From: Gemmatimonadota bacterium
GTDB lineage: Bacteria > Gemmatimonadota > Gemmatimonadetes > Palauibacterales > Palauibacteraceae
Direction: 5' to 3'
Assembly (NCBI GenBank): GCA_039585235.1
Contig: JBDGWG010000001.1
Coordinates: forward strand, 1,022-65,021
DNA length: 64,000 nt
Position numbers and translations under genes: made by a program. Below are positions 22,131-31,876 of the stretch, in pieces. The notes under the pieces were generated by a model that saw nothing but the letters and a program-made list of their open reading frames with translations, made no database searches and was not told the DNA's origin. How positions within the stretch are numbered: position 1 is the stretch's first letter; each line of letters starts with the position of its first letter.

Positions 22131-24593
22131 ATGTACGACCCGACGACGGTGGAAGAGAAGTGGCAGGCTTTCTGGGCCACGAAGCGGACGAACGAGCCCG
22201 ACCTCGATGCGGCGCCGAGTCCGTTCTATAACCTGATGATGTTCCCGTACCCCTCGGCCGAGGGGCTTCACGTCGGGAACCTGTATGCCTTCACGGGTGC
22301 CGACTTTCACGCGCGCTACCAGCGACTGAGGGGCCATGACGTGTTCGAGCCTATCGGGTTCGACGCGTTCGGGATTCACTCGGAGAACTACGCGCTCAAG
22401 GTCAACGCTCACCCGATGGACTTGATCCCGAAGAGCATCGCGAACTTCACTCGGCAGCTGGAGCGCTCCGGGATCATGTATGACTGGTCGCACACGGTCG
22501 AAACCACGGATCCCGATTATTACCGGTGGACTCAGTGGATCTTCCTGCAGCTCTACCACGCCGGTCTCGCGGTCAAGAAGGAGGCCCCGGTCAACTGGTG
22601 CCCTTCCTGCAAGACTGTGCTGGCCAACGAGCAGGTGGAGGACGGGAAGTGCGAGCGTTGCGGCACCGAGGTCGGGCAGCGCTTGCTCAGCCAGTGGTTC
22701 TTCCGGATCACGGAGTACGTCGAGCGCCTGCTCGCGAACCTGGACTGGATCGATTGGTCGCCCTCCACGCTCACCGCGCAGCGGAACTGGATCGGACGCT
22801 CGGAGGGAGCGCTTCTCCGATTCCGCCTGGCCGACAGCCCCGACGACACGCTCGAGGTGTTCACGACCCGGCCCGACACGGTTTTCGGCGCAACGTTCAT
22901 GGTCCTCGCTCCCGAGCACCCGCTCGTCGAGCAGCTCGCATCGGACGACCGGAGTGCGGAGGTCGAGGCGTACCGGGCGGCGGCCGTGGCCGTCGACCTG
23001 GTAGAGCGGCGGAAGGCGGATGACAGGACGAAGACGGGCGTGTTCACGGGCGGCTACGCCGTGAATCCGGCGACCGCGGAAGATATTCCCGTGTGGATAG
23101 CCGACTACGTCCTGATGGAGTACGGGACGGGCGCGATCATGGCCGTGCCCGGACACGACCAGCGGGACTTCGAGTTCGCCCGTCAGTTCGGACTGGAGAT
23201 CCGGCCCGTGGTGGCGCCTGCCGCGGTGGTCGAGGCCGCGGCGGACACGTCGTCCGTCGAACTGGATCTTGGAGACGGGGCCTTCGTCGAGCACTCCGAG
23301 GACGAGCGCCTGATCAACTCCGGCGAGTTCAGCGGCCTCCCGGCGACGGAGGGCGCGGCACGGATCGTGGAGTGGCTCGGGGAGCGGGCGCTCGGTGAGC
23401 CTGAGGTGAATTACCGACTGCACGACTGGTGCATCTCCCGCCAGCGTTACTGGGGGCCGCCGATTCCGATTCTGTACTGCGAAGCGTGCGGAATCGTCCC
23501 CGTACCGGAGGAAGACCTCCCGGTGGTGCTGCCGCACCTGGAGGACTTCAAGCCGGGCGACGACGGAATCGCTCCGCTCGCGAAGGACGAGTCGTTCTAC
23601 CGGGCCACGTGTGCGTCCTGCGGCGGTGAGGCACTCCGGGAGACCGATGTTTCGGATACGTTCCTTGACAGCTCGTGGTATTTCCTGCGGTATCCGAGCA
23701 CTGACTTCGACGACCGTCCGATGGACCCCGAGCGCACGGACCGCTGGTTGCCGGTGGACATGTACATCGGCGGGGAGGAGCACGCCGTGCTCCACCTCCT
23801 GTACTCCCGGTTCATCACGATGGCTCTCCACGATCTCGGACACGTGCCGTTCGCAGAACCGTACGTGCGGTTCCGGAAGCACGGGCTGATCATCCGGGAA
23901 GGCGCCAAGATGTCCAAGACGAAGGGCAACGTCGTGAATCCGGACGAGTACATCGAGCGGTACGGCGCGGACACGTTCCGCACATACCTGATGTTTCTCG
24001 GGCCCTACCAGGAAGGCGGCGACTTCAGGGACAGCGGAATCGTCGGGCCACAGCGTTTCCTGTCGCGCGTGTCCGATGCCGTGGTGGCCGCGGTGGAGCA
24101 GGGCACGACCGGCTGGCCGGACCCCACCGTTGAGCGCGTCATTCACCAGACGATCAGTCAGGCTACGGACGACTTCGAGAGCCTGGCGTTCAACACGGCG
24201 ATCGCTGCCTTGATGGAGCTCCTCAACACACTTCGAGCAGCCGGAAGGGTACCCACGCTGGACGAGGTCAAACCGCTCGTGATCATGCTCGGCCCCATCG
24301 CGCCACACCTCGCGGAGGAGCTGTGGCAGAAGCTCGGCGGCGAGCCGAGCCTGTTCGAGCACGGTGCGTGGCCGACGTTCGACCCCTCCAAGCTCGCCAC
24401 GGATACGGTGGAGATCCCAGTCCAGGTGAACGGCAAACTGCGGGCGACGATATCGCTGGAACGGGGCGCGAGCGAAGAAGCCGCATCCGCCGTGGCACTG
24501 GCGAACGAGGCAGTCCAGCGTCACATCGGGCGAGCTTCCATCCGAAAGACGATCTACGTCCCGGATCGGTTACTGAATCTGGTCGTAGGCTAA
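22131..24593 (+). CDS. leuS: Leucine--tRNA ligase
   Basis: 820 aa. N-terminus MYDPTTVEEKWQAFW; HIGH-region variant PYPSAEGLHVGNLYAFTGADF; KMSKS motif AKMSKTKGNVV; CP1 editing domain and anticodon-binding C-terminus. Confidence 0.95.
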   Translation: MYDPTTVEEKWQAFWATKRTNEPDLDAAPSPFYNLMMFPYPSAEGLHVGNLYAFTGADFHARYQRLRGHDVFEPIGFDAFGIHSENYALKVNAHPMDLIPKSIANFTRQLERSGIMYDWSHTVETTDPDYYRWTQWIFLQLYHAGLAVKKEAPVNWCPSCKTVLANEQVEDGKCERCGTEVGQRLLSQWFFRITEYVERLLANLDWIDWSPSTLTAQRNWIGRSEGALLRFRLADSPDDTLEVFTTRPDTVFGATFMVLAPEHPLVEQLASDDRSAEVEAYRAAAVAVDLVERRKADDRTKTGVFTGGYAVNPATAEDIPVWIADYVLMEYGTGAIMAVPGHDQRDFEFARQFGLEIRPVVAPAAVVEAAADTSSVELDLGDGAFVEHSEDERLINSGEFSGLPATEGAARIVEWLGERALGEPEVNYRLHDWCISRQRYWGPPIPILYCEACGIVPVPEEDLPVVLPHLEDFKPGDDGIAPLAKDESFYRATCASCGGEALRETDVSDTFLDSSWYFLRYPSTDFDDRPMDPERTDRWLPVDMYIGGEEHAVLHLLYSRFITMALHDLGHVPFAEPYVRFRKHGLIIREGAKMSKTKGNVVNPDEYIERYGADTFRTYLMFLGPYQEGGDFRDSGIVGPQRFLSRVSDAVVAAVEQGTTGWPDPTVERVIHQTISQATDDFESLAFNTAIAALMELLNTLRAAGRVPTLDEVKPLVIMLGPIAPHLAEELWQKLGGEPSLFEHGAWPTFDPSKLATDTVEIPVQVNGKLRATISLERGASEEAASAVALANEAVQRHIGRASIRKTIYVPDRLLNLVVG

Positions 24594-24657
24594 GGCTGAA
24601 ACCCTCAGCGGCACGCCTTTCAGGACCCCCCGGGACGCCTGATCCCCGGGGCGCTCG

Positions 24658-24966
24658 TCACCAGCTGACCTCGCCTTCCCTGGACGTGTCGATGTCCGCT
24701 TGGTCCTCGCCCTCCGCGAACAGGAACGAGCGCAGGTTGGTCACCAGGAACTCGCGGGCGCGAGGCTCCCGCACGTTGAGTCCGTAGTGGTTGATCAGCA
24801 ACATCTGGCGCTGCTTCCACTCCTCCCAGCATTCGGCGCAAATCTCGGACACCAGGCGGTGTCCCAGATCGTTCGGGAAAGGCGGGCGGGAGATCGGCTC
24901 CCGGTCCGGTTTGGCGCACCGCACGCACTGGAGCCCACCTTCGGGAGCCGGGTCGGAAGCAGCCAC
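24658..24966 (-). CDS. yggX: Fe(2+)-trafficking protein YggX family
   Basis: Core CVRCAKPDREPISRPPFPNDLGHRLVSEICAECWEEWKQRQMLLINHYGLNVREPRAREFLVTNLRSFLF matches the YggX fold (conserved Cys, W..W..Q.MLINE). Start taken at GTG 24966, giving ~102 aa; the longer ORF to 25032 is low complexity. Confidence 0.65.
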   Translation of the reverse strand: MAASDPAPEGGLQCVRCAKPDREPISRPPFPNDLGHRLVSEICAECWEEWKQRQMLLINHYGLNVREPRAREFLVTNLRSFLFAEGEDQADIDTSREGEVSW

Positions 24967-24970
24967 CGCG

Positions 24971-25843
24971 TCAGACCGGAACCGTGAGGACGGAGCAGTT
25001 CGCTCCCTGGATGATCTGCCTGGTGATCCCACCCAGGATGACCCGCCCCTTGAGCCCGGGTGCGTGGTACTTGCCGATGACGATCAGGTCCGCGGCCTCG
25101 GCTTCGGCGGAGGTAAGGAGGTGGTGCACGATCGGTCGGCCGCGGACGACGGACACCTGAACCTCGATCCCCTCCCTGAATTCCTCGGGCAGACGGTCCA
25201 GGGCCTCGGCCCGTGCCCGTTGCTCGAGAAGCCTGACCGTCTCTTCGGTCTTCGTCGGGGAGCTGACCGCCCTCACGTACGCCTGCAATGTGCCCGGCAT
25301 CGCGTGCAACAGCAGCAGGCGCGCGCCGAAATAGGCACTATACTGCGCCGCAGTGGCGGCGATCGGCGCGCTGCCGTCGCGCAGGTCGAGCGCCGCGAGA
25401 ATCGTCTTGTTCCTCTCGTGGCGGATGGGCCTCCACACCAGCACGGGCACGGTGGCCTTTCGAACGATCGCGACACACGTGTTACCGACCTCATCCGACG
25501 GCCAGACGCGTTTTTGGTGCGCACCGACCACGACGAGCTCCGCCCTGATCTCTTCCGCCACCGCCACCAGCGCCTCAGGCGTCCAGCCCGCTCGAACCTC
25601 CACCCTCACGTCGATGCCGCACTGTTCCGCTATTTCTTCGAGGTTGGCCCGGGCGTCCAGCTCCCGCTCGCGGACGATCTCGAGCTTAGATCCAAGCTCC
25701 CGGGTCAGGTAACCCGGGATGCCCAGCGGCTCGATGGCATGAAACAGCGTGAAGTCCGCGTCGGGGAATCGGGAGACGGCCCACCGTACGGTCTCTACGG
25801 AGGTGTCGGAGAAGTCGATTCCGATAAGGATACTCTGATACAT
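24971..25843 (-). CDS. Universal stress protein, tandem UspA domains
   Basis: From the internal ATG (MYQSILIGIDFSDTS...): two Usp domains, each with a GxxG..G(S/T) ATP-binding-like C-terminus (VVVGAHQKRVWPSDEVGNTCVAIVRKATVPVLVW; IVIGKYHAPGLKGRVILGGITRQIIQGANCSVLTVPV). Confidence 0.8.
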   Translation of the reverse strand: MYQSILIGIDFSDTSVETVRWAVSRFPDADFTLFHAIEPLGIPGYLTRELGSKLEIVRERELDARANLEEIAEQCGIDVRVEVRAGWTPEALVAVAEEIRAELVVVGAHQKRVWPSDEVGNTCVAIVRKATVPVLVWRPIRHERNKTILAALDLRDGSAPIAATAAQYSAYFGARLLLLHAMPGTLQAYVRAVSSPTKTEETVRLLEQRARAEALDRLPEEFREGIEVQVSVVRGRPIVHHLLTSAEAEAADLIVIGKYHAPGLKGRVILGGITRQIIQGANCSVLTVPV

Positions 25844-25854
25844 GGCGCTCGAAC

Positions 25855-26934
25855 CTAGCGGGCCGCCGTCTCGACCGCACCACCGGACGGGCGGGCTAGA
25901 AGCCGGTCGAGCGCCTCCCACGCGTCTCCGCTTCCAGTCTCCCGGATGAGCTCCCGCACCGTGGTCATCAGGTCGCCGTAACTGTCGTACAGAGCTTCCA
26001 TGTCCTCCAGCCGCGTGTAGTAGAGCATCCGTGACAAGAGCCATGCGTTGTTGACACGCTCGGGGTCCAGGCCGCTGTATCGGCCGGACCGGAACTCGGG
26101 CTGGACCTCCGAGTCGAACCGCTCGGCCGCCTCCCCGAGGATTCTCTGCTTCTCCTCGCGCATCTCTTCTGCCGGGAGGCCTGACGCGTACAGCGCTTCG
26201 AGCGGATCGAGCACGGAGTGGAAGAATCGGCCGAACACGCGCATGTCGTGCCAGCGGTCCTCGGCTGCCTCACACAGCACCTCATCGGCGACGGCGTCAC
26301 AGAAGAACGAGATCGCACCACGATGGCCGACGAAGTTGGCGAAGCTCTCGTTGAATCGAGCCTGGCCCTTCGGAAAGAAGGTGCTGTGGGTGATCTCGTG
26401 AATCACGGTCTCCACGACACCCAGGCTGTCGGCGCGCAGTGTCGTCGACATGAGGGGGTCCGGGAACCAGCCGAGCGTGCTGAACGCGCTCGACGGCCGC
26501 ACCCACGTGTCGTATCCCTGCGCGTCCAGCTTCTCGGCCTCACGCGCGGCCTTGTCGAAATCGAAATATCCTTTGTACGGCAGCCGTCCGACGATCGGGA
26601 ACCACCAGGTCTTCCATCGGAGCTGCAGCTCGCTTGCCGCGTTGACCACCATCACGAGGGTGTCCCGTTCCAGCTCCACGTAGCTGGTGAACGCGTCTCC
26701 CGGATCGAGCTCCAGGGTCCGGTCGGCGTACTCGCGCGCGTGCTGCACCAGCCGGAGCTTCTCGCGCAACTCCGCCGCGGTGGTCGTGTCGTGCACGACT
26801 TCATGAATCGGCCGGCGAGCCGAGAGGATCTTTGCTTCCTCCCATCCGGCGCGGAGCACATAGCCGGGGGAGCAGGCCGAGACTGATATCATGGCGGCAG
26901 CGCACGTGAACCAGGGTATGCGATTTCGGGTCAT
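25855..26934 (-). CDS. Putative zinc metallopeptidase lipoprotein (HEXXH; predicted-aminopeptidase family)
   Basis: Lipoprotein signal AAMISVSAC. Zincin motif VIHEITHSTFF, with a downstream E (NESFANFVGH) as a possible third ligand. Confidence 0.55.
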   Translation of the reverse strand: MTRNRIPWFTCAAAMISVSACSPGYVLRAGWEEAKILSARRPIHEVVHDTTTAAELREKLRLVQHAREYADRTLELDPGDAFTSYVELERDTLVMVVNAASELQLRWKTWWFPIVGRLPYKGYFDFDKAAREAEKLDAQGYDTWVRPSSAFSTLGWFPDPLMSTTLRADSLGVVETVIHEITHSTFFPKGQARFNESFANFVGHRGAISFFCDAVADEVLCEAAEDRWHDMRVFGRFFHSVLDPLEALYASGLPAEEMREEKQRILGEAAERFDSEVQPEFRSGRYSGLDPERVNNAWLLSRMLYYTRLEDMEALYDSYGDLMTTVRELIRETGSGDAWEALDRLLARPSGGAVETAAR

Positions 26935-26988
26935 GCTCCCTATACGTTCCGACCGCTCATTGGTGCCTCTTTCGTATACCGGGCCTCC

Positions 26989-28077
26989 TCACGGTCTCTT
27001 CACGTAATACACCCTCTCGCGTACTGCGTCCCCCCGGTATTGCCGACGAGGTCCGTCCGAGTCGCTCCGGTACCGGCGATAATCGCGAGTGAACAGCCGG
27101 AAACTGTCCGGGTCGCCAGTCTCGCGAAAAGCGCTTTCGATACTGTCACGGGGGAGCAAACCCTCGTCGTTGTAGCTGAGCAGAATATGCCGGGCATCGG
27201 CAACGTCCAGGAGTGAGTGCAGCGCAGCCTCGCAACGACCTCGGCGACACCAGTCCGAGCGCAGGTCGTCGTCCGGTATCAGCCCGGTCTTCCCCCGCAG
27301 CTCCGGCGGCGGATCCCATCCCTGCGCCAGGAGCTCCGGCAAGTGGTAATAGCCCGGATACTGGCGCTCGTTGTAGGGAGGGTCGATGTACAGGAGGTCG
27401 ATTGCCCCCGCTTCGCCCAGCAGGGCCTCCGCACGCCCTCGGAACGCGGAGCAGCCGAGGGCCGAGTCAGTCGGCGGAACGGTAGGCCTGATGGGTCTCA
27501 ACTCGATCCGCCGACTGGCGTTCGGTTGCCAGCTCTTCACGAAAGAGGCGTACACTCCGGTCGTGTTCGCCACTCGGTCTGCGGCCTGGATGAGGGTGGC
27601 GAGAAGCAGCTGTTCGCGGGCCCGGTCGATCAACTCCTCTGTGTGCCAACGGCCGATCCGCTCACGGACCGCATCGATCGCCGCACCATTCTCGGGGGTA
27701 AAGTACATTCGGCCGTGCTCACTACCGTCCTCACCCGCTGGCGTATAGTGCTCGGTCACGAAACCGGGTGAGGGAGGCAGCGCCTCGAGCACGCGGAGAG
27801 CCGCCTGGTAGCTCAGATGTCGGCGCCCCCGGCTCCCTCCTGCGAGGGCTCCCGAATACCGGGGCGTCCGATCGAGCTCCACCCGGGCCACCTGGTAGGC
27901 GTAGGAAGCGGCCATCACATCGCCGCTGTGCACCCGCCAGCCAGCCGACTTCAGCGCCCGTCCGACGCTCGCGGTCCCGGCGAACGGATCACACGCCACG
28001 CCCGGAGACAGGCCCAGATCGCCCAGAGTCTCCAGGAGGAACGGGACGAGTTTCGTCTTGTTTCCTATGTAGCGCAC
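26989..28077 (-). CDS. Orphan Dam-like N6-adenine DNA methyltransferase (D12 class) with long C-terminal extension
   Basis: Motif I DPFAGTASVG and motif IV LLYIDPPYNERQY, with a Dam-like N-terminus RYIGNKTKLVPFL. Start taken at GTG 28077; the ORF to 28236 is Arg-rich and unlikely to be coding. No restriction-endonuclease-like ORF is adjacent. Confidence 0.7.
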   Translation of the reverse strand: MRYIGNKTKLVPFLLETLGDLGLSPGVACDPFAGTASVGRALKSAGWRVHSGDVMAASYAYQVARVELDRTPRYSGALAGGSRGRRHLSYQAALRVLEALPPSPGFVTEHYTPAGEDGSEHGRMYFTPENGAAIDAVRERIGRWHTEELIDRAREQLLLATLIQAADRVANTTGVYASFVKSWQPNASRRIELRPIRPTVPPTDSALGCSAFRGRAEALLGEAGAIDLLYIDPPYNERQYPGYYHLPELLAQGWDPPPELRGKTGLIPDDDLRSDWCRRGRCEAALHSLLDVADARHILLSYNDEGLLPRDSIESAFRETGDPDSFRLFTRDYRRYRSDSDGPRRQYRGDAVRERVYYVKRP

Positions 28078-28298
28078 GCATTCCTCGCGAGTGTCTGATC
28101 GGAAGGGAATGATACGGCCGCTCCGATGAGTGCAGCGAGTCCCGCGCCGCGCGGCCGAAAGCGACCGGGTCAGATCAGGTAGCGCGCGGGGAAAGGTGCC
28201 GTACCTTACAGGCAGTACCTGGCCGGCCACATCCACCCGCTCCCCACCTGGACGGGGGCGCGAGCCGCTGGCCGGGGCAACCAGACCGCGGAGGATCG

Positions 28299-29648
28299 GT
28301 GAGCCTGCTCGAGAACCTCTACAACGTGGCCGTCAACGTTCTGAGGCCGTTGCTTCCGGCTTTCGGTGCGGCTTCGCCGAAGGTATCCGCCGCGGTGGAA
28401 GGCCGGCGAGTCGCGGCCGGCGAGATCGCCCGGTGGGCAGAACGGGAGAGGGATCCGTTCCGACCCCTGCTGTGGCTGCACGGCTCTTCGGCGGGGGAGC
28501 TCGCGGGCGCGATTCCGGTGGTGGAGCGCGTGCGCTCCGAACGGCCGGAACTTCAGCTTCTCGTCACCTACTCGTCACCGTCCGCCGAGAGCGTTCTCGA
28601 CGAGCTGGCTCCGGATCACGCCGGATACCCGCCCCTCGAGACGATGACGGACTGCCGCGCAGCGATCGAAGGTTCGCGGCCGGACGCCCTGGTGTTCGCC
28701 AAGCTGGATGCATGGCCGGCTCTGACCCGGGCCGCGGCGGACGCCGAAGTTCGACTCGGCATGATCAACGCGACCGTGCGTCCGAGCAGCACGCGGCTAC
28801 GGGGCCCCGGCAGGCAGCTCCTGGTTCCAAGCTACGGCCGGCTCGACGGAGTGGGCGCGGTCGCCGAAGGGGAGATCGAACGGCTCGAGATGCTGGGGAC
28901 GAGGACCGAGTCGATCCGAGTCACGGGCGACGCTTCGTTCGAGCGAGCGCTGGAGAGAGTGGACCGGGCCCGGGACGCGGAGTTGACTGGCGCACGCCGG
29001 CTGCCGCAGAAGTCTACGAACCGCGTTCGCCTGTGCGCTGGATCCACATGGCCGGAAGACGAGAGGGTGTTGGTCGAGGGGGCCGCCACCCTGGCGCGGT
29101 CACAGACCGAGGCCGAAGACGGCGCCGGGCTGGACCTCGTTCTCGTGCCCCACGAGCCGAACGCTTCGGCGTTGAAACGAATCCGCGAGCTGTGCGTGCG
29201 GCATCTCGGGGTCGAGCCCCGTCTATGGTCGGAGGGGCCGGACCCGGTGGCCGGAGGTAGCTCCGGTGTCGAGACGCCGGCTCCGCTGGTGGTGGATGCC
29301 GTAGGTTTCCTGGCGGAGGTGTACCTCGAGTGCGACCTGGCCTGGGTCGGCGGAGGGATCGGAGGCGAGGGCTTACATTCGGTGGTCGAGCCCGCCGCGG
29401 TGGGCCTTCCCGTGCTGTTCGGGCCGGTGCACGATCGCTGGGAAGCTCGTGAAATGGTCCGGCAAGGGGTCGCAATCGAGGTTCCGCCCGAGGAGGTGGC
29501 CCCTGTCCTCGCGGATCTTCTCGCCGATTCACAGCGCCGTGCTGACATGGGCGCGGGGGCCCGCCTCTACGTGGAGAGCGGCCGCGGCGCCACCGAGGCG
29601 TCCGCTCGACTCGTGCTCGATCTGCTGGACGGGAGTCCCGCGAGGTAG
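28299..29648 (+). CDS. waaA: 3-deoxy-D-manno-octulosonic acid (Kdo) transferase
   Basis: N-terminal LWLHGSSAGELAGAIPVVERV resembles the KdtA motif (WxHxxSxGE), and the C-terminal half has a GT-B glycosyltransferase fold. 449 aa is typical of WaaA/KdtA. Confidence 0.75.
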   Translation: MSLLENLYNVAVNVLRPLLPAFGAASPKVSAAVEGRRVAAGEIARWAERERDPFRPLLWLHGSSAGELAGAIPVVERVRSERPELQLLVTYSSPSAESVLDELAPDHAGYPPLETMTDCRAAIEGSRPDALVFAKLDAWPALTRAAADAEVRLGMINATVRPSSTRLRGPGRQLLVPSYGRLDGVGAVAEGEIERLEMLGTRTESIRVTGDASFERALERVDRARDAELTGARRLPQKSTNRVRLCAGSTWPEDERVLVEGAATLARSQTEAEDGAGLDLVLVPHEPNASALKRIRELCVRHLGVEPRLWSEGPDPVAGGSSGVETPAPLVVDAVGFLAEVYLECDLAWVGGGIGGEGLHSVVEPAAVGLPVLFGPVHDRWEAREMVRQGVAIEVPPEEVAPVLADLLADSQRRADMGAGARLYVESGRGATEASARLVLDLLDGSPAR

Positions 29649-29649
29649 C

Positions 29650-29880
29650 TCAGTGTTCGGCCGCGCGCGCCTTCGGGACCGGCTTCGGCCCGAGGGCGTA
29701 CCAGAACAGCAGCCCGATGATCGGGCACAGCACGATGATCGTGCTCCACAGTAGGCCCACGCGTCGGGCCGGCCGTGCGCGGATGATCATTCCGATGGCC
29801 CACGCGTCGAGCACGACGAGCAGCCCCGCCAACACCCACCGCGAGTCCAGCCCGATCACGAACTCCAGGATTTCGGTCAT
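29650..29880 (-). CDS. Small two-TM membrane protein (PLD-N/cardiolipin-synthase N-terminal-like domain)
   Basis: 76 aa with two hydrophobic helices flanking WAIGMIIRARPARR. The ATG overlaps the msbA-like stop as ATGA (29877-29880). Confidence 0.45.
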   Translation of the reverse strand: MTEILEFVIGLDSRWVLAGLLVVLDAWAIGMIIRARPARRVGLLWSTIIVLCPIIGLLFWYALGPKPVPKARAAEH

Positions 29881-31697
29881 GCGGCACTCGGCGATCCGGC
29901 GAACTGGAGCCGGTGCAGGCGGGTATAGAGCCCGCCCAGTCCAAGGAGCTCTTCGTGAGTTCCGGTTTCCCGGATCTCACCATGATGCATCACGAGGATG
30001 CGGTCGGCGTTTCGGATCGTCGAGAGTCGGTGGGCGATCACGAGACTGGTGCGACCCAGCATCAGCTCTTCCAATGCCCTCTCGATCCGCGCCTCGATCT
30101 CGGAATCGACGGCACTCGTGGCCTCGTCCAGGATCAGGAGGTCGGGGTCGCCCGCGAGCGCTCGCGCGAAACTGAGAAGTTGGCGCTCGCCGGCGCTGAG
30201 GTTGCTGCCACGCTCGCCCAGTCGTTGCTCGAATCCACCCGGCAGCCGGTCAACGTACTGGGCCACGCCCACCCGTCTCGCCGACTCACGGACCCGCTCC
30301 TCCGTGACTTCCGGTCGGCCGAGGTGGATGTTCCGACTCACGGTGTCCGAGAACAGGTATACATCCTGGAGGACGAGCCCGATCCGCCGCCTTACCTCCG
30401 ATGCCGGGACCGTGGAGATGTCCGTGCTATCCAGGAGAATGGCGCCCCGCTGTGGTCGGTAGAAGCGCATCAACAGGTTGATGAGCGTGGACTTTCCGGC
30501 TCCCGTGGCGCCGACGATCGCGACCCGCTGTCCCGGCTCGACCGCGAACGTCACGTCTTCGAGGACCCAGTCGGCCTCATCCGCGTCCACCGGCGGAGCA
30601 TCCGCTTCCATCTCACCATATCGGAACCACACGTCGCGGAATTCGATCCGTCCGCCACGCGCCGGGACGACCGGCACACCGCCATCGTCATCGGATTCCG
30701 CACCTGGTCCCACGAGAACAGTCGCCTCGACCGCGGGCTCGGACTCTACCGGGTGGGGCTCCCGATCCAGCAGCTTGAATACCCGTTCCGAGCTCGCCAT
30801 TGCGCTCTGAAGGATATTGTACTTTTCCGACAGGTCCTGGATCGGTCGGAAGAAGCGCCGGGCGTACTGGAGAAAGGCGGCGATCGTGCCGACCGTCATC
30901 GCCCCGCGCAACGACTCGGAACCGCCGTACCAGATGATCAGCGCCATGGCCACGGCGGCCAGAATCTCCACCGTCGGGAAGAACAGGGCGTAGTAAGTGA
31001 TCGACTTCAGGTGAGCGGACAGGTGGTCCCGGTTGATCTCATCGAACCGGTCGAACGTCGATTCTTCCTGCCGGAAGAGCTGCGTCACGCTCATCCCGGT
31101 GATCCGCTCCTGCAGGAACGCGTTGATCCGGGCGAGCCGCAGCCGGATGTCCCGGTACGCCCGACGCACCCTCGTGCGGAACAGCCAGGCGGACGCGAAC
31201 ACGAGCGGAAGCACCGTGAACGTCACCAGGGCGAGCTGCCAATCCAGAATCAGCATTGCCGTGACGATCGCGCCGATCGTGAACACGTCGCCGAAGATCG
31301 TCACCACACCCGACGTGAACATCTCGTTGAGGGCCTCGACGTCGCTCGTGACGCGCGTCATGAGGCGGCCCACCGGGTTTCGATCGAAGAACGCCAGTTC
31401 GAGGCGCTGCAGATGGCCGAAAACCTGTCCCCGCAGGTCTTCCATCACCCGCTGGCCGATCCATGTCGTCAGCAGGGTGCGCGCGTACTCGAAGGCAGCG
31501 GCGACGAGAAGCGACCCGACGTAGATGGCGGCCAGGATGCCCAGCAGCCGGAGGTCGCCGGACGGGAACGCCTCGTCGATCGCGATCTTGGTAAGCCACG
31601 GTCCGACCAGCGCGAGCCCGGAGGCCGCGATGAGGATCCCGATCGCCGCCGCTACGTGCCACCGGTAGGGCCGCAGGTAGGCGAGAAGACGCTGCAT
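29877..31697 (-). CDS. msbA: ABC transporter, fused permease/ATPase (MsbA-like lipid A exporter)
   Basis: Six-TM domain, Walker A GATGAGKST, signature LSAGERQLLSFARAL, Walker B LLILDEAT. Start chosen at ATG 31697 (MQRLLAYLRPYRW, typical ABC-exporter N-terminus); the ORF track extends to 31832. Confidence 0.8.
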   Translation of the reverse strand: MQRLLAYLRPYRWHVAAAIGILIAASGLALVGPWLTKIAIDEAFPSGDLRLLGILAAIYVGSLLVAAAFEYARTLLTTWIGQRVMEDLRGQVFGHLQRLELAFFDRNPVGRLMTRVTSDVEALNEMFTSGVVTIFGDVFTIGAIVTAMLILDWQLALVTFTVLPLVFASAWLFRTRVRRAYRDIRLRLARINAFLQERITGMSVTQLFRQEESTFDRFDEINRDHLSAHLKSITYYALFFPTVEILAAVAMALIIWYGGSESLRGAMTVGTIAAFLQYARRFFRPIQDLSEKYNILQSAMASSERVFKLLDREPHPVESEPAVEATVLVGPGAESDDDGGVPVVPARGGRIEFRDVWFRYGEMEADAPPVDADEADWVLEDVTFAVEPGQRVAIVGATGAGKSTLINLLMRFYRPQRGAILLDSTDISTVPASEVRRRIGLVLQDVYLFSDTVSRNIHLGRPEVTEERVRESARRVGVAQYVDRLPGGFEQRLGERGSNLSAGERQLLSFARALAGDPDLLILDEATSAVDSEIEARIERALEELMLGRTSLVIAHRLSTIRNADRILVMHHGEIRETGTHEELLGLGGLYTRLHRLQFAGSPSAA

Positions 31698-31876
31698 GAG
31701 CCTGGCGTCATACGCCTTGCCCAGCGCCTCTTCCTCGTGGACGGGCCCTTCCGGGGATGTCTGCAGTGTCGATTCTCCAGTGCTCGAGTCTCGGGCTCCC
31801 CGAAGATACCCGGCACTCCGGTCCCTTTCCACCCGGGTCGTTTGACGCTCCTCCTGCGCGGGCTCATCATCGCGCC

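Noticed and set aside
21999-24524. 841-aa minus-strand ORF
   Set aside because: Exactly antisense to leuS, with an Arg/Pro-rich translation. High-GC third-position bias keeps the reverse frame open.
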